This document shows positions 52,198 to 63,006 of a stretch of DNA of 64,000 bases, piece after piece; position 1 is the stretch's first letter; each line of letters begins with the position of its first letter. The position numbers were made by a program, and so were the translations under genes. The DNA is from an uncultured Nitrososphaerota archaeon (GTDB taxonomy: Archaea > Thermoproteota > Nitrososphaeria > Nitrososphaerales > Nitrosopumilaceae). The notes below the pieces were generated by a model. That model made no database searches. It was given only the letters and a program-made list of their open reading frames with translations, and was not told where the DNA came from. The stretch covers positions 160,001 through 224,000 of the forward strand of contig CAWGPD010000003.1 in the NCBI GenBank assembly GCA_963824385.1, given 5' to 3'.

Positions 52198-52855
52198 ATG
52201 ACAAAGACTTCCATTTTACATCGAAGTCACAGATATGATAGAATTCTCCAGAATGGTTTGTGCATTGGAGAGAGTTCCACGTACTGCCTTTTCCTTTGAA
52301 CTTGATGGAAAGAGCATAATCTCAGTACAGATGGATCTTCTAAAAGAGAGATCTGTCAATTTCTATGTTCAAACTGACAAAAAAGGTCATTATCTTTCAT
52401 ATGGATTCAAAGCAGGAAAAGAAGACTATGATATAGTAAATTCTGTATCAAATCCAATGTATCTCTATTCGCCAATTGTTAAAGTCAAATCACTTCCAGA
52501 AACTCTAAAACCCGAAACTGCATCACTTCCCGAAGTTGTATACGAATCAATAGAGCTAGAAAATCTTACAAGTTTGATTAAACTAAGTTATGGATTTGAA
52601 GAATCGCCATTTCCACTCTTTGCTTTTCCAGATGGAACTAATTGGTTTGTTGGAGTATTCATGAACTTTAACGAGTCTGACGAGACTTCATATTTTTGTC
52701 ATGTTAAACTTGACTACGAACCTACAAAACCGTTTTTGAAATATTCTAGCAAAGATGGCATGGAGCCATCTTTTGTTAGTACAGTTAGTGACCACGGATA
52801 CTCGTACCTTAAAGTGATAAAACTCAAAGGTAAGCATCCTCTAGTCAAGCTATGA
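52198..52855 (+). CDS. Hypothetical protein; N-terminus MTKLPFYIEV behind an apparent frameshift near 52207
   Basis: Removing a52207 joins ATG 52198 (TATA 24 nt upstream) to the ORF-track 52235..52855. Confidence 0.7.
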
Positions 52856-53602
52856 GTAATTTCAGAAAAAGAATGAAGGATTCTTCACTGAGAAGTTCCA
52901 TAATATTGGCAAATGATTCTTGATGATAGAAATATTTCAATACTTGAGAAAAAAACTATAAAAAATATCAAAACACTTGGAAAATATCTCTGTGCTATAA
53001 AATTTAATTTTCATCTATTGTTGCCACTTGGTGAAAAAAGTATGAAAAAAATAAATCAAGTTGCACACGATTTTGGATTGCAAACAATAGCTGACATAAA
53101 ACTAAATGACATTGGAAATACTAATCTCATAACTTTACAGAGGCTCTGGCAAAGTGGATTTGATGCAGTAATTGTAAATCCAATTATGGGACCTGAAAAT
53201 TTATCAGAACTTGTAAAAAATGCTCATAAAAACAATCGAGGTGTCATAACACTAGTACACATGAGTCATCCGGGAGCAAAATTGGGATATGGTCTAAGAA
53301 TCCAAGATCCAAATATTAGTAAAATGTCAAATCTTCATGAACTTTTCTTAAAATGGTCGTATTCTTTACATGTTGATGGCATTGTTGTTGGAGCAACTGT
53401 TCCAAAACTCATAGAATCATCAAGCAAAAAAGCAAAAGGAAGGTTTGAGATTTATTCACCTGGGGTTGGAACTCAAGGAGGTAATCCAAACGATGCATTG
53501 GATGCAGGTGCAAACTATTTGATTGTCGGAAGGACAATTCTTAATTCAAAAAATCCTCAACTTGAAGCACGAAAACTTCAAGAGCTAACTCTCAAATCCT
53601 AA
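52852..53602 (+). CDS. pyrF: Orotidine 5'-phosphate decarboxylase, apparent +1 frameshift near 52917
   Basis: IILAND N-terminus in the adjacent frame; DIKLNDIGNT, SPGVG.QGG, IVGR. Confidence 0.93.
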
Positions 53603-54001
53603 ATCTTTGACTTTTTTAAATAATTTTTGAGCAGTCTTGTAAGTTAATTTCTTGAGGGAATCATTGAAGTTTAACCATATGTAATCACGATGCTCATATG
53701 ATAATACAACATCGTTTGTTTTTGTCCTTGCTAAAAAAAATACAACTTCCTTGTGTATCACTTCACCATCTCGCTGATAATGATATTCAACCTTGTCTTC
53801 AAATCCATTAATGAAATCAATATCGGTGATTCCTGTTTCTTCTCTTACTTCTCTGATGACCGTCTCCTTGAAAGTCTCACCTTTCTCAATATTTCCTTTG
53901 ACAAAATCCCAGTGACCTGAAGGGTAATTCAAAAGCAAATACATCTTACCAGATGGAGATTCTTGGTAAAGAATTGTGCCTGCTGATCTTTCTTCCAACA
54001 T
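53585..54001 (-). CDS. NUDIX hydrolase (Ap4A hydrolase-like)
   Basis: GHWDFVKG.IE.GE......REV.EETG. Confidence 0.92.
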   Translation of the reverse strand: MLEERSAGTILYQESPSGKMYLLLNYPSGHWDFVKGNIEKGETFKETVIREVREETGITDIDFINGFEDKVEYHYQRDGEVIHKEVVFFLARTKTNDVVLSYEHRDYIWLNFNDSLKKLTYKTAQKLFKKVKDLGFES

Positions 54002-54038
54002 TTACAAAATGAGTTCTAATGTCCAGTATTTCACTTTT

Positions 54039-54767
54039 CTATTTTCCTAGTCTACGACCTCTTTTTTGAAAGGTCCTTATTGCTCGCATAAGGTCGATCT
54101 TCCTAAACTCTGGCCAATAAATGTCCATGAAAACAAGTTCACTATAGGCACTTTGCCAAAGTAAAAAACCACTCAATCGTTTCTCACCAGACGTTCTCAA
54201 TATCATATCAGGTGATGATTGAGGTAGGTGCGAAGTATACAAGCTGGATTCTATTACATCCTTGTCTATTTGATTTACATCTAGAGAACCATCTCTGATC
54301 CTCGAACCAATCTTTTTGATTGCATCAACGAGTTCATTTTGTCCCCCATAAGTTATCGCGATATTCAAGTAATGATTGTCATAGTCTTTTGTAGCATCTT
54401 CAAGTTTATTGAGAACGTCTCTTAGAAAATCTGGCAACAACTCTACACTGCCTATGGCCTTTACCTTCATGCGATTCCTGTGTATTCTAGGATCATTGTA
54501 TAACTTGAGTAATCGTTCATTAATCAAATCATAAAGATAGTCCAATTCTTCATCTTGTCTGCTAAGATTTTCTGATGACAGTACATACAATGTAATTATT
54601 TTGATATTTAGCTCCTCACACCAGTCTAGCAATTTTTCTACAGCGTCTGCACCTCTAAAGTGACCCTCTAACTTCATTATCAGATTACGTTTTGCCCATC
54701 TTCTATTTCCATCAAGAATTATAGCAATGTGATTTGGCATCTCTCCACTATGGATGTCCTTTTCCAA
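54039..54767 (-). CDS. uppS: cis-prenyltransferase (polyprenyl diphosphate synthase); start may be further upstream
   Basis: HIAIILDGNRRWA, RTSGEKRLSGFLLWQ. Confidence 0.96.
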   Translation of the reverse strand: MEKDIHSGEMPNHIAIILDGNRRWAKRNLIMKLEGHFRGADAVEKLLDWCEELNIKIITLYVLSSENLSRQDEELDYLYDLINERLLKLYNDPRIHRNRMKVKAIGSVELLPDFLRDVLNKLEDATKDYDNHYLNIAITYGGQNELVDAIKKIGSRIRDGSLDVNQIDKDVIESSLYTSHLPQSSPDMILRTSGEKRLSGFLLWQSAYSELVFMDIYWPEFRKIDLMRAIRTFQKRGRRLGK

Positions 54768-54817
54768 TTTCTTAGAGTATAGGCTGTAAAAACCTCCTAA
54801 ATTGAGAACTTTATCTT

Positions 54818-55964
54818 TTATTCTGATAATGCTTCACCACCCTTCTTTTTTCTATATTTACGGAAGAGTAGAGATGCAGATATCAGTATTACTGCAAGAC
54901 CAAGTAACAACGGAGGAATTAGAGTAAATGGACTCTCTCCTTTTATCATGATTGTAGCAAACTGGGAAACAATTGGATAGAGTGTAACTAATACAATCAA
55001 TCTTAGAATATCTGTAATTGATCTAATACTTCCCTTGAACCAACTACTTAGCAGTGAACCTCCGAAGATGCATCCAATTCCCATCCAAAGAAATGGTAAC
55101 ATTCCAGAAATAAAGAGACCAGTTGTTTGTTGATTCAAAACTACTTTTAATATGGTATCTGGTTTTGCAGTAATGCCAGGCACTGCATTACTAAGACCAG
55201 ATGTTAACGATGCAAGAATCATAACAATTCCTGCTACTAGTGTAAACGTTCGTATGAATCCACCAGGTGTTGGCTTGTTCCAATTAGTCCAAGCTCTGTC
55301 TATATCAAAAGCTCTGATTAGAAATGCTCCGCCAAGAATACTAACTAGAACTGCAAATATTTGTGTAGTTAGCCCAAGGACAGTACCTATTCCGCCTATT
55401 AGTAAAAGCATTCCGGGAACACCCAAAAAGAATTTTGAATATTTTGAATCAAAAGCAATAGTTTTGAGATATCTTCCAAGCACTGCATACGAGTATTCAA
55501 CTGTTCTACTTACTCGCATTACTACTCTTTTTACAGAAATAATTGGTAATACATTCTGAATTATTGGTATGACGCTTTCATCATCTTCACCATCAGATAC
55601 TATTACAGCTCCGTTTGCTGCAAATTTTGTAGCTAGTGTCTTTACTTGAGAGATAATTTTCTCATCTCCCTGCACACCTTTATTCTGGGTACCTGCAACT
55701 ATTGCAACCTCTGCTTGGTATCCCTTGCTTATCAAATCTTCAAATGTTTTAACAGCTGCAAAAATTGAATTCGAATCTGCATCTTCTGGATCTTCTAATG
55801 CCAGTCTCTGAGCTGCATCTATACATGCATTGCGTCCAATTACTGGTGTAACAACACCTGCTTTAACTCCAATATCATCATCTCTATCAACACAAATCAC
55901 TAACAGTCTACTAGTCTTAGTCTCAGTTGTTTCATTTTGGATACTGAGCTTCTTTTACTGACAT
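54818..55964 (-). CDS. DUF373 family membrane protein; apparent frameshift near 55946
   Basis: LVICVDRDDD.G.K, DPED.D.N, VSDG.DDE, C-terminal TMs. Confidence 0.88.
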
Positions 55965-56054
55965 GGTATAGACGAAAATCTCATTTCCTATTAATTAATG
56001 TAGTTTCTATATAGTTTTACAAACGCTTTAAGAAATTCAACTCAAATTTTGATT

Positions 56055-56555
56055 CTATCCAGGTCGGGTTTGATCAGACTTGGTTGCTAGCGCATCTGAT
56101 TCATTCTTGAGAGCATCTAACTTTGACATCTCATCATTTAGATCACTTGTAGATATTCCATTTTTTACCTTGTTTGCAAGTGATATTGTCTCAGAAAGAT
56201 AATCATTGTACTTTTTGAGGGATTCAAAATAAGCCCCATAGCTTTGTTGCCATTCAGTAGGAGCATTGCTTTCTACTAGTTCACTAATCAGTGAGGTGAC
56301 CTGAGAAGATGATATCTGAGTTTGATTGATAAATTCATCTGGAGACATACTCTTGTCTAATAATCCTTTGATGTTGGATTCGATTGTAGTAGTAATGAGC
56401 GAATGTCTCTCTTTTACACTATCCAGCTCGTTTTTAAAATCTGAGACAACAACAGGAGAACTGTGATTTTGTGGGAGAATCCATACTATAAAACTTGCAC
56501 CAGAAATAGCTGCCAGCATTGCTACGGTAATAATGATGCCTTTCTTAGATGCCAT
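56055..56555 (-). CDS. Membrane-anchored helical hypothetical protein
   Basis: N-terminal TM and helical bundle; similar pattern to 3429..4025. Confidence 0.7.
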   Translation of the reverse strand: MASKKGIIITVAMLAAISGASFIVWILPQNHSSPVVVSDFKNELDSVKERHSLITTTIESNIKGLLDKSMSPDEFINQTQISSSQVTSLISELVESNAPTEWQQSYGAYFESLKKYNDYLSETISLANKVKNGISTSDLNDEMSKLDALKNESDALATKSDQTRPG

Positions 56556-56810
56556 TCAAGTGAGTCTCTTAGGGCGCTTTTAAAAGCATAACTGCATTTC
56601 AACAATTTGATTATTCTAATGGCCAATTTGTTAATTTCGTCGTGTTAGATCATTTCCTCACAAGAAATATGAAAAAAATATGCATTTTTATGAAAATTCT
56701 AGATCTATGATCTGAATTAGGCCATGTAAAAATTTAACTCCCTCTAGGCGTATAGTGAAATAATTTTTACTGAATCTTGCTATATACCACTTCATTCGTA
56801 AGATGTTGAA

Positions 56811-56954
56811 ATGACTCAAGCATACTGCGTAAAATGCAGAAAAAAAGTCGACATCACAAATCCAAAGGAAGTTAAGTCAAAGAACGGACGACCTGCGGTA
56901 AAGGGCACTTGCCCTAAATGTAGTACTAATGTATTCCGCATAGGAAAGCCTTAG
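56811..56954 (+). CDS. 47-aa basic zinc-ribbon protein, DUF5679 family (not in ORF track)
   Basis: AYCVKCRKK...KNGR.A.KG.CP.C...VFRI. Confidence 0.88.
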   Translation: MTQAYCVKCRKKVDITNPKEVKSKNGRPAVKGTCPKCSTNVFRIGKP

Positions 56955-57015
56955 TACCATTTTCTTCTTTTTCTAGAGTAAATCAATATAGGTAGCGATT
57001 CTATAACTGATATAG

Positions 57016-57438
57016 TTGACAAAGGCAGAATATGAAAAATTATTAAAGGGAATACAAGATAAAGTATCTCAGATTCAGGCAGGTTCTACATCAAGATTTG
57101 AACTTCCTAAAGTGGATATAATGTGGCAGGGAAACAGAACATTTTTCAGAAACTTTTCAGAATTCCCAAAAATATTGCGAAGAGATCCAGAGAAACTTCT
57201 CCAGTATTTATCAAAGGAATTTGCAACTCCGGCACAATTTGGAGGTGACAAGGCAGTATTTGTAGGGAAGAAAGACCCTCATGAATTTACAATTCGTTTG
57301 AATAGATATCTTAAGGAATATGTGGAATGCCCAACCTGTAAGAGTCCTGATACTAGGGTTGAAAAGGAACATAGGGTAACTTCTCTCAAATGTGAAGCCT
57401 GCGGAGCAAAATCTCCTCTAAAGGGCCAATATGCGTAA
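57016..57438 (+). CDS. eif2b: Translation initiation factor 2 beta subunit
   Basis: RFELP, G.RT...NF, YVECPTCKSPDT, CEACGA. Confidence 0.95.
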   Translation: MTKAEYEKLLKGIQDKVSQIQAGSTSRFELPKVDIMWQGNRTFFRNFSEFPKILRRDPEKLLQYLSKEFATPAQFGGDKAVFVGKKDPHEFTIRLNRYLKEYVECPTCKSPDTRVEKEHRVTSLKCEACGAKSPLKGQYA

Positions 57439-57735
57439 ATGAATTTTGCAGTAAGAGTAGTGAATCAGCAAAGAAATAGGATGTTGAACATGTGCGATGC
57501 CGAATTAGTTGGCAGAACACTCAAACAATCTGATTTGGAGGTAAAAATCTCAAAGAGTGACTATGGAGACAGAGTGGTTGATGAAAAAGAGGCAGAATCT
57601 CTTCTAAAAAGTTCTTCAATAATTAACATGGCTGGTAGAAAAACAATTGATCTATCAATAAAGATTGGAGTGGGAACCGCAAAAGGTGTAAAAGAAATTG
57701 AAGGAATTCCATTTCTTATTATTTTCAAATTTTGA
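57439..57735 (+). CDS. DUF424 family protein
   Basis: CDAELVG, YG, IINM.G, I.GIP; usual position next to aIF-2beta. Confidence 0.85.
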   Translation: MNFAVRVVNQQRNRMLNMCDAELVGRTLKQSDLEVKISKSDYGDRVVDEKEAESLLKSSSIINMAGRKTIDLSIKIGVGTAKGVKEIEGIPFLIIFKF

Positions 57736-57782
57736 AAATACAACGAATATATACATACTGAACACTCTGTTGTCTGAGAATT

Positions 57783-58094
57783 TTGGGTAAGCGAAAAGTA
57801 CTAAACGAAAGTGAGTTAAAAGAAATGTATTTGCCTGGAGAAGGTGAGCTGTTAGGTAGAGTTGTAAAACTTTTGGGCAGTGATCATATACTGGTTAGAT
57901 GTACGGATGACAAGACCAGAATGGGTAGAATTAGGGGAAAACTAAAAAGAAAAATTTGGATTAGAGATAACGATGTTGTAACAATTGCCCCTTGGGATTT
58001 CAGAGCAGAGGATCGTGGTGATATTACTTGGAGATATACGCTCTCACAAGTTGATATACTAAAACAAAAAGGGCTTTTGCCACAAGATTTCTAA
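57783..58094 (+). CDS. eif1a: Translation initiation factor 1A
   Basis: G.V..LLG, C.D...R.GRIRGK, WIR..DVV...PWD. Confidence 0.95.
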   Translation: MGKRKVLNESELKEMYLPGEGELLGRVVKLLGSDHILVRCTDDKTRMGRIRGKLKRKIWIRDNDVVTIAPWDFRAEDRGDITWRYTLSQVDILKQKGLLPQDF

Positions 58095-58154
58095 TAGTAA
58101 TAGATTTTACAAAGTTTGTTTTACAATTAATGTTGTCTATAGGAGCAAAATAAA

Positions 58155-59072
58155 ATGAATAAAGAATCTATAGATGAATTTGATGATGAAATAATTGAGG
58201 AAGAAAATAACCTGAAGATTGTAGAAGAAAGTGATCTAGATTCACCAGAAACAACAAGTGATATTGAAGAAGATTCTAGCAGTGAAGATTCTGATTTAGG
58301 ACTCCAAGACAAATTGGCAAGAAAGATGAATCTTAAACTTGCTGGTAAGGCAAGGGGGAGAAAAACAGGGAAGGACATATTTGACAAAGACAAAGTGCTC
58401 GAAGCAGTCTTTGACAAATCTACTGTGATGACTCTCTCACGGCTGATAAATAATGGCATTATTTCTTACGTCAATGGCGCAGTTGGTGCTGGAAAAGAGT
58501 CTCAACTATACTGGGGAGTTGACCCATTTGGTAATGATCTTGCAGTAAAAATTTATCTCGTAACAACATCGAACTTTAAAAAGCGATATCCTTACCTTAT
58601 TGGAGATCCTAGGTTTACACGAATAAAAAGCGGTACTAGATCTCTTGTAGAGTTGTGGGCAAGAAAAGAATTTCGAAATTTGAGCAAGGCGTTTAACTGT
58701 GAAATTCTATGTCCCGAACCAATAACTGTAGTAAAAAATATTCTGGTAATGAAATTTGTAGGAACGGGTGGTGTTCCATCTCCGACATTGGTTGAATCAG
58801 AAGTAGATTATGCTGATTATGAAAAGTCGATAACAATTATTTCTGATCTCTATCAAAAAGCCGAACTTGTTCATGCAGATCTTTCAGAGTATAATCTTTT
58901 CAAAACAAAAGAAGGGCCGGTAGTTTTTGATTTTGGCTCTGCGGTAGATATAAGACATCCTAAAACCAAAGAATTTCTTGAAAGAGATATTAGTAATATT
59001 ACTAGATTCTTTGTTAAGAGAGGACTAACGGTGGACAATCCAATTGATGTGTTTAAGAGGGTTACAAAATGA
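58155..59072 (+). CDS. rio1: RIO1 family serine kinase/ATPase
   Basis: GKES, AVKIY, WA.KEF.NL, LVHADLSEYN, DFG. Confidence 0.95.
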   Translation: MNKESIDEFDDEIIEEENNLKIVEESDLDSPETTSDIEEDSSSEDSDLGLQDKLARKMNLKLAGKARGRKTGKDIFDKDKVLEAVFDKSTVMTLSRLINNGIISYVNGAVGAGKESQLYWGVDPFGNDLAVKIYLVTTSNFKKRYPYLIGDPRFTRIKSGTRSLVELWARKEFRNLSKAFNCEILCPEPITVVKNILVMKFVGTGGVPSPTLVESEVDYADYEKSITIISDLYQKAELVHADLSEYNLFKTKEGPVVFDFGSAVDIRHPKTKEFLERDISNITRFFVKRGLTVDNPIDVFKRVTK

Positions 59073-59641
59073 TCTTTGAGAAAATTATACTAATCCCAGT
59101 TGATCGAGTTGGAGTATTGATTGGAAAATCAGGAAAGATAAAAGCCAAGATAGAAAAAATTTGTTCTGTTTCATTATCAGTGGATGGTCAAACAGGCGAG
59201 ACAGTCATAAAGGGAGTGGGAGATGTTGAAAATGTAATGCCGTTTAAGGCCGAAGAAATTGTGATGGCCATAGGTCGTGGATTCTCTGCAGAGAATGCAC
59301 TACGTCTTGTCCAAGAAGAGACTTCTCTACATGTAATGGATTTACGTCAATTTGTAGGAAAATCTCCTGCTCAAATTGAGCGTATAAAGAGTCGAATAAT
59401 AGGAGAAGGTGGACGAGTTAGAAAAAATATCGAGGACTTGAGTGGTGCAAAAGTATCTGTTTATGGTAGAACCGTTGCTTTGATTGGGGATGGAACTCAA
59501 CTAAAATCTGCTGTAAATGCAATAACATCTATTTCTAGTGGTAGCACTCATGGCAAAGTTTACAATGATCTTCAAGAATCAAGGAGAAGACAAAAACTAG
59601 AGAGACTTCAACTTTGGGAAGGAGGAAATATCCTTGAGTAA
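59069..59641 (+). CDS. KH-domain pre-rRNA processing protein (Dim2/Pno1)
   Basis: LIGKSG, AIGRGFS, RIIGEGG, HG.VY. Confidence 0.93.
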   Translation: MIFEKIILIPVDRVGVLIGKSGKIKAKIEKICSVSLSVDGQTGETVIKGVGDVENVMPFKAEEIVMAIGRGFSAENALRLVQEETSLHVMDLRQFVGKSPAQIERIKSRIIGEGGRVRKNIEDLSGAKVSVYGRTVALIGDGTQLKSAVNAITSISSGSTHGKVYNDLQESRRRQKLERLQLWEGGNILE

Positions 59642-61466
59642 AGAAGTCTTCAGCCAAATATCTCCAAGTGAATTCTTTTATAGAAATAGAGATCTTGCAG
59701 GATTTAGTAATCCAACTAGATCACTTTACACATCTGTTAGAGAATTTGTAGAAAATGCACTTGACGCATGTGATCAAAAGAAGATACTTCCAGACATTCA
59801 TCTTTCAATAAAAGCAGTAGATGCAGAAAAACCAGATCCAAAACATTATGTTTTAACTGTGAAAGATAACGGTCCAGGTATTGAACCTGAACACATCCCA
59901 CTTGCTTTTGGTACAGTTCTTTATGGTTCTAAATTTGGTCTTAAGCAGACTAGGGGTATGTTTGGTCTTGGAGTTACAATGGCTATTCTCTATGGTCAGA
60001 TTACTACAAACAAACCAGTCACTGTAAAGAGCTGCTCAGATGGTAAAACACTTGATGAATTTGTAATGTTACTTGACATTCAGAAAAACAAACCTGTAAT
60101 TCTAAAACATACAACAAAAGAGGGATCTAAGACAGGTCTTGCAGTAAGTATTGTTCTTGAAGGAGATTATTCAAAAGCAGGTTCCAAAGTCCGTGATTAT
60201 GTATCTCAGACTTCTCTGATTACTCCATATGCGTCAATAACATTTGAAGATCCAAGTGGTGAAAAATTCCACTATCCGCGAATTGTTAAGGACATGCCTC
60301 GTCCACCTACTGTCATCAAACCTCATCCTCACGGTATTGATGTTGAGACTATCCGAAGAATGATCACAGATACACATTATCAGATTCCAACCATTGACAA
60401 CAAGATGATTGATAAAGTCAAAAAAGAACTGGGTTTAAAGAAAAACCTCTCTCCAAATGAGATTTTAGAAAAAGCACAAAAACGCTGGTCTGATATCTCA
60501 AAGCCTGTAAGAACCGTGATTTCGGTAATGTCTTTTCTAAATATTGATTTTGAAGGATTGAAAAAAATCCGAATCGACGATATTGATATTGCCAATAAAA
60601 CTATTACATACTGGGACTTTGGCGAGTCTCAATCACATGCAATAGAATTAGACAGAGAGAGCCCATATTACAAGCAACTTGCAAGTACCGTCCAGGGAGA
60701 TACCCTTCTCACCTTTTTGACCAAGCGATTCCAAAGGGTTGGACCTACCACCGCAGAAAAGTTCTGTGATTTTGCCAAATTCAAGCCCGATAAAAGAATA
60801 GGTAGTATGACAAATGAAGAATTAGTAAAACTGGCTGATGCACTCCAAAAATTTGAAGAGTTCCTTGCTCCAGATCCAAGTTGCTTGGCGCCCTTAGGAG
60901 AGGAACCTCTTTCTAAAGGAATAATGAAATTTTTCAACCCGGAATTTGCAGCTGTCTGGCAACGTAACGCATCAGCATATTCTGGATTTCCATTTGTTGT
61001 AGAGATGGGTATTGCTTATGGGGGTGATATTCCACCATCTGGTCTCAAAGTTTATCGTTTTGCTAATCGTATACCGCTTCTATATGATGAAGGAAGTGAT
61101 GTAGTCCTCAAAATAGTAAATGAGACTGAATGGGCTAGATACAAAATAAAGGGAGATCCTCCTCTTGTGATAGTATCTCATATCTGTTCCACAAGAATTC
61201 CGTACAAAACCGTAGGAAAAGAAAACGTAGCAGATAGGCCTGAGCTTGAAAGGGAATTAAAAAATGCATTACAATATCTTGCAAGAAAATTGGCTGTTCA
61301 TATGTCTAGACAAGGAGCAGCTGATATGGCAAAAAAGAGAGCAAATCTTTACTCAAAATATGTACCACTAATTGCACAATTTGCAACAGAACTTGCTGGT
61401 AAGAAAAAAGAACCAAATTATAATCAACTGATAAGGATGGGAAGTGAGATTGAAGAACAAGTCTAG
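59634..61466 (+). CDS. top6B: DNA topoisomerase VI subunit B
   Basis: EFVENALDA, DNGPG, RG.FGLG, PHPHG, RFANRIPL. Confidence 0.97.
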   Translation: MSKEVFSQISPSEFFYRNRDLAGFSNPTRSLYTSVREFVENALDACDQKKILPDIHLSIKAVDAEKPDPKHYVLTVKDNGPGIEPEHIPLAFGTVLYGSKFGLKQTRGMFGLGVTMAILYGQITTNKPVTVKSCSDGKTLDEFVMLLDIQKNKPVILKHTTKEGSKTGLAVSIVLEGDYSKAGSKVRDYVSQTSLITPYASITFEDPSGEKFHYPRIVKDMPRPPTVIKPHPHGIDVETIRRMITDTHYQIPTIDNKMIDKVKKELGLKKNLSPNEILEKAQKRWSDISKPVRTVISVMSFLNIDFEGLKKIRIDDIDIANKTITYWDFGESQSHAIELDRESPYYKQLASTVQGDTLLTFLTKRFQRVGPTTAEKFCDFAKFKPDKRIGSMTNEELVKLADALQKFEEFLAPDPSCLAPLGEEPLSKGIMKFFNPEFAAVWQRNASAYSGFPFVVEMGIAYGGDIPPSGLKVYRFANRIPLLYDEGSDVVLKIVNETEWARYKIKGDPPLVIVSHICSTRIPYKTVGKENVADRPELERELKNALQYLARKLAVHMSRQGAADMAKKRANLYSKYVPLIAQFATELAGKKKEPNYNQLIRMGSEIEEQV

Positions 61467-62547
61467 TGCAAAGACTGCAGAAACAAGAAAAAAGAGATTG
61501 TTGTCTTTATTGGAACAACAAGGTATTAACATCTACGATAGTCTTGACAAAGGAAAATTTCCACAATTTGTAATTCCGAGTAGATCAGTAAGCAATATTG
61601 TTTATGATAAAAAAATAAGACAATACATTTTGGGTAGCGCAAGTGCTGTTCGTAGTTCAAGAAACATGTCACAATTACGTTCCTATACACAGCTTGCATG
61701 GCTTGCTTTCTTTGTCAATAGGTTGGTTAGAGAAGGAAAGTCATCTACATTAAGAGACATTTATTATTCTTCACAGGCGTTTAGTATTGATTTTGAAGAT
61801 CAGCCCGAGTCTGATAATATTATAGTAGACTTGGAAGCAGTACTTACAAGTCCTCGTGAAGAATTTCATATATTTCCTGAGGAAAGAAGTAGTGTCTTTG
61901 GAGACTTGACAATTGAATATACTGTTCCAGGTTATGAAGGAAAGAGAATGAATCTCTCAGATCATCCTGACGGATATCTAATAGGTCCAAGTTTAAGCAG
62001 TGCAGAGCTTGTTGATACTAGTGCAGAACTTGTTATTGCCATAGAAAAGGGTGGTCTTTTTACAAGGTTTGTTGAAGAAAAAGTTCATAAAAAATTTAAA
62101 TCTATAATTGTTGATACGGCAGGTCAAGCTCCTAGGTCAACAAGAAATCTACTGAGACGACTGAACACCGAAATGGGTTTGCCTGTAGTTATTCTAGCAG
62201 ATGGTGATGTGTATGGCGAACACATTGCAATGGTGATAAAATCCGGTTCTGCAAATGCAGCTCATTTGAGAGAATTGACAGTACCTGATGCAAAATGGTT
62301 AGGTGTTTGGGCAACTGATATTGAAAAATATAAACTACCGACAATTCCTATGACGGAATCTGACATAAAGAGAATTTATGACCTTCAAAAAGATCCTAGA
62401 TATCAAGAAGGAAATTGGAAGAAACAATTAGAAGTGTTTCTCAAGTTAAAAAGAAAGGCAGAACTTGAGGCATTCTCAAAGTACGGTCTTACCAATATTA
62501 CAGACAAGTATCTACCAGCAAAACTAGAAGAATCAAAGAGTTTCTAA
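61444..62547 (+). CDS. top6A: DNA topoisomerase VI subunit A
   Basis: TLRDIYY, IEKGG, GQ..R.TR, DGD.YG, KAE.EA. Confidence 0.97.
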   Translation: MRLKNKSSAKTAETRKKRLLSLLEQQGINIYDSLDKGKFPQFVIPSRSVSNIVYDKKIRQYILGSASAVRSSRNMSQLRSYTQLAWLAFFVNRLVREGKSSTLRDIYYSSQAFSIDFEDQPESDNIIVDLEAVLTSPREEFHIFPEERSSVFGDLTIEYTVPGYEGKRMNLSDHPDGYLIGPSLSSAELVDTSAELVIAIEKGGLFTRFVEEKVHKKFKSIIVDTAGQAPRSTRNLLRRLNTEMGLPVVILADGDVYGEHIAMVIKSGSANAAHLRELTVPDAKWLGVWATDIEKYKLPTIPMTESDIKRIYDLQKDPRYQEGNWKKQLEVFLKLKRKAELEAFSKYGLTNITDKYLPAKLEESKSF

Positions 62548-63006
62548 TTTTCTAATTTTTAACGTAAGAACACCGTTTCTATATTTGAAATCATGAATTC
62601 CCATGTCTGGTGTTGTTTCAATTGGGACTTCTTTTGAAAAGTGTCCAGAACCACGAACATATAAAATTCCATCAATTAATCTGACAGTTACTTGGTCCTC
62701 TGGACCTGGTACCTCTGCTACAAATATTATTTCTTTTTCTCCTTTTATGAGATCATAGACCCAGTTCTTTGTATCTGCCTCTTTTGGTGTATACTGTGGG
62801 ACGTTGTTCTCAGTTGTCATCTTCTTTAATACTCTTACCCAATAAATCATAATTGCAGCAGCTATTCCGATTAATATGAAACTGACATACCCTTCTGAAG
62901 CTCTTAATGATAGCATGTATACTACACCCAAAAATAGTAAGACCATTAGGGGAATTATAAAATCAAATGACTTGTCATTAGAGTATCTGCTCTTGTAGCT
63001 TGCCAA
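62533..63006 (-). CDS. Membrane-anchored Hsp20/alpha-crystallin-like protein
   Basis: Two N-terminal TMs; AEVPG and YRNGVLTL. Confidence 0.75.
   Translation of the reverse strand: MASYKSRYSNDKSFDFIIPLMVLLFLGVVYMLSLRASEGYVSFILIGIAAAIMIYWVRVLKKMTTENNVPQYTPKEADTKNWVYDLIKGEKEIIFVAEVPGPEDQVTVRLIDGILYVRGSGHFSKEVPIETTPDMGIHDFKYRNGVLTLKIRKLETL

Noticed and set aside
60365..60700. Top6B insertion as an intein
   Set aside because: No Cys/Ser start or His-Asn end and no splicing blocks
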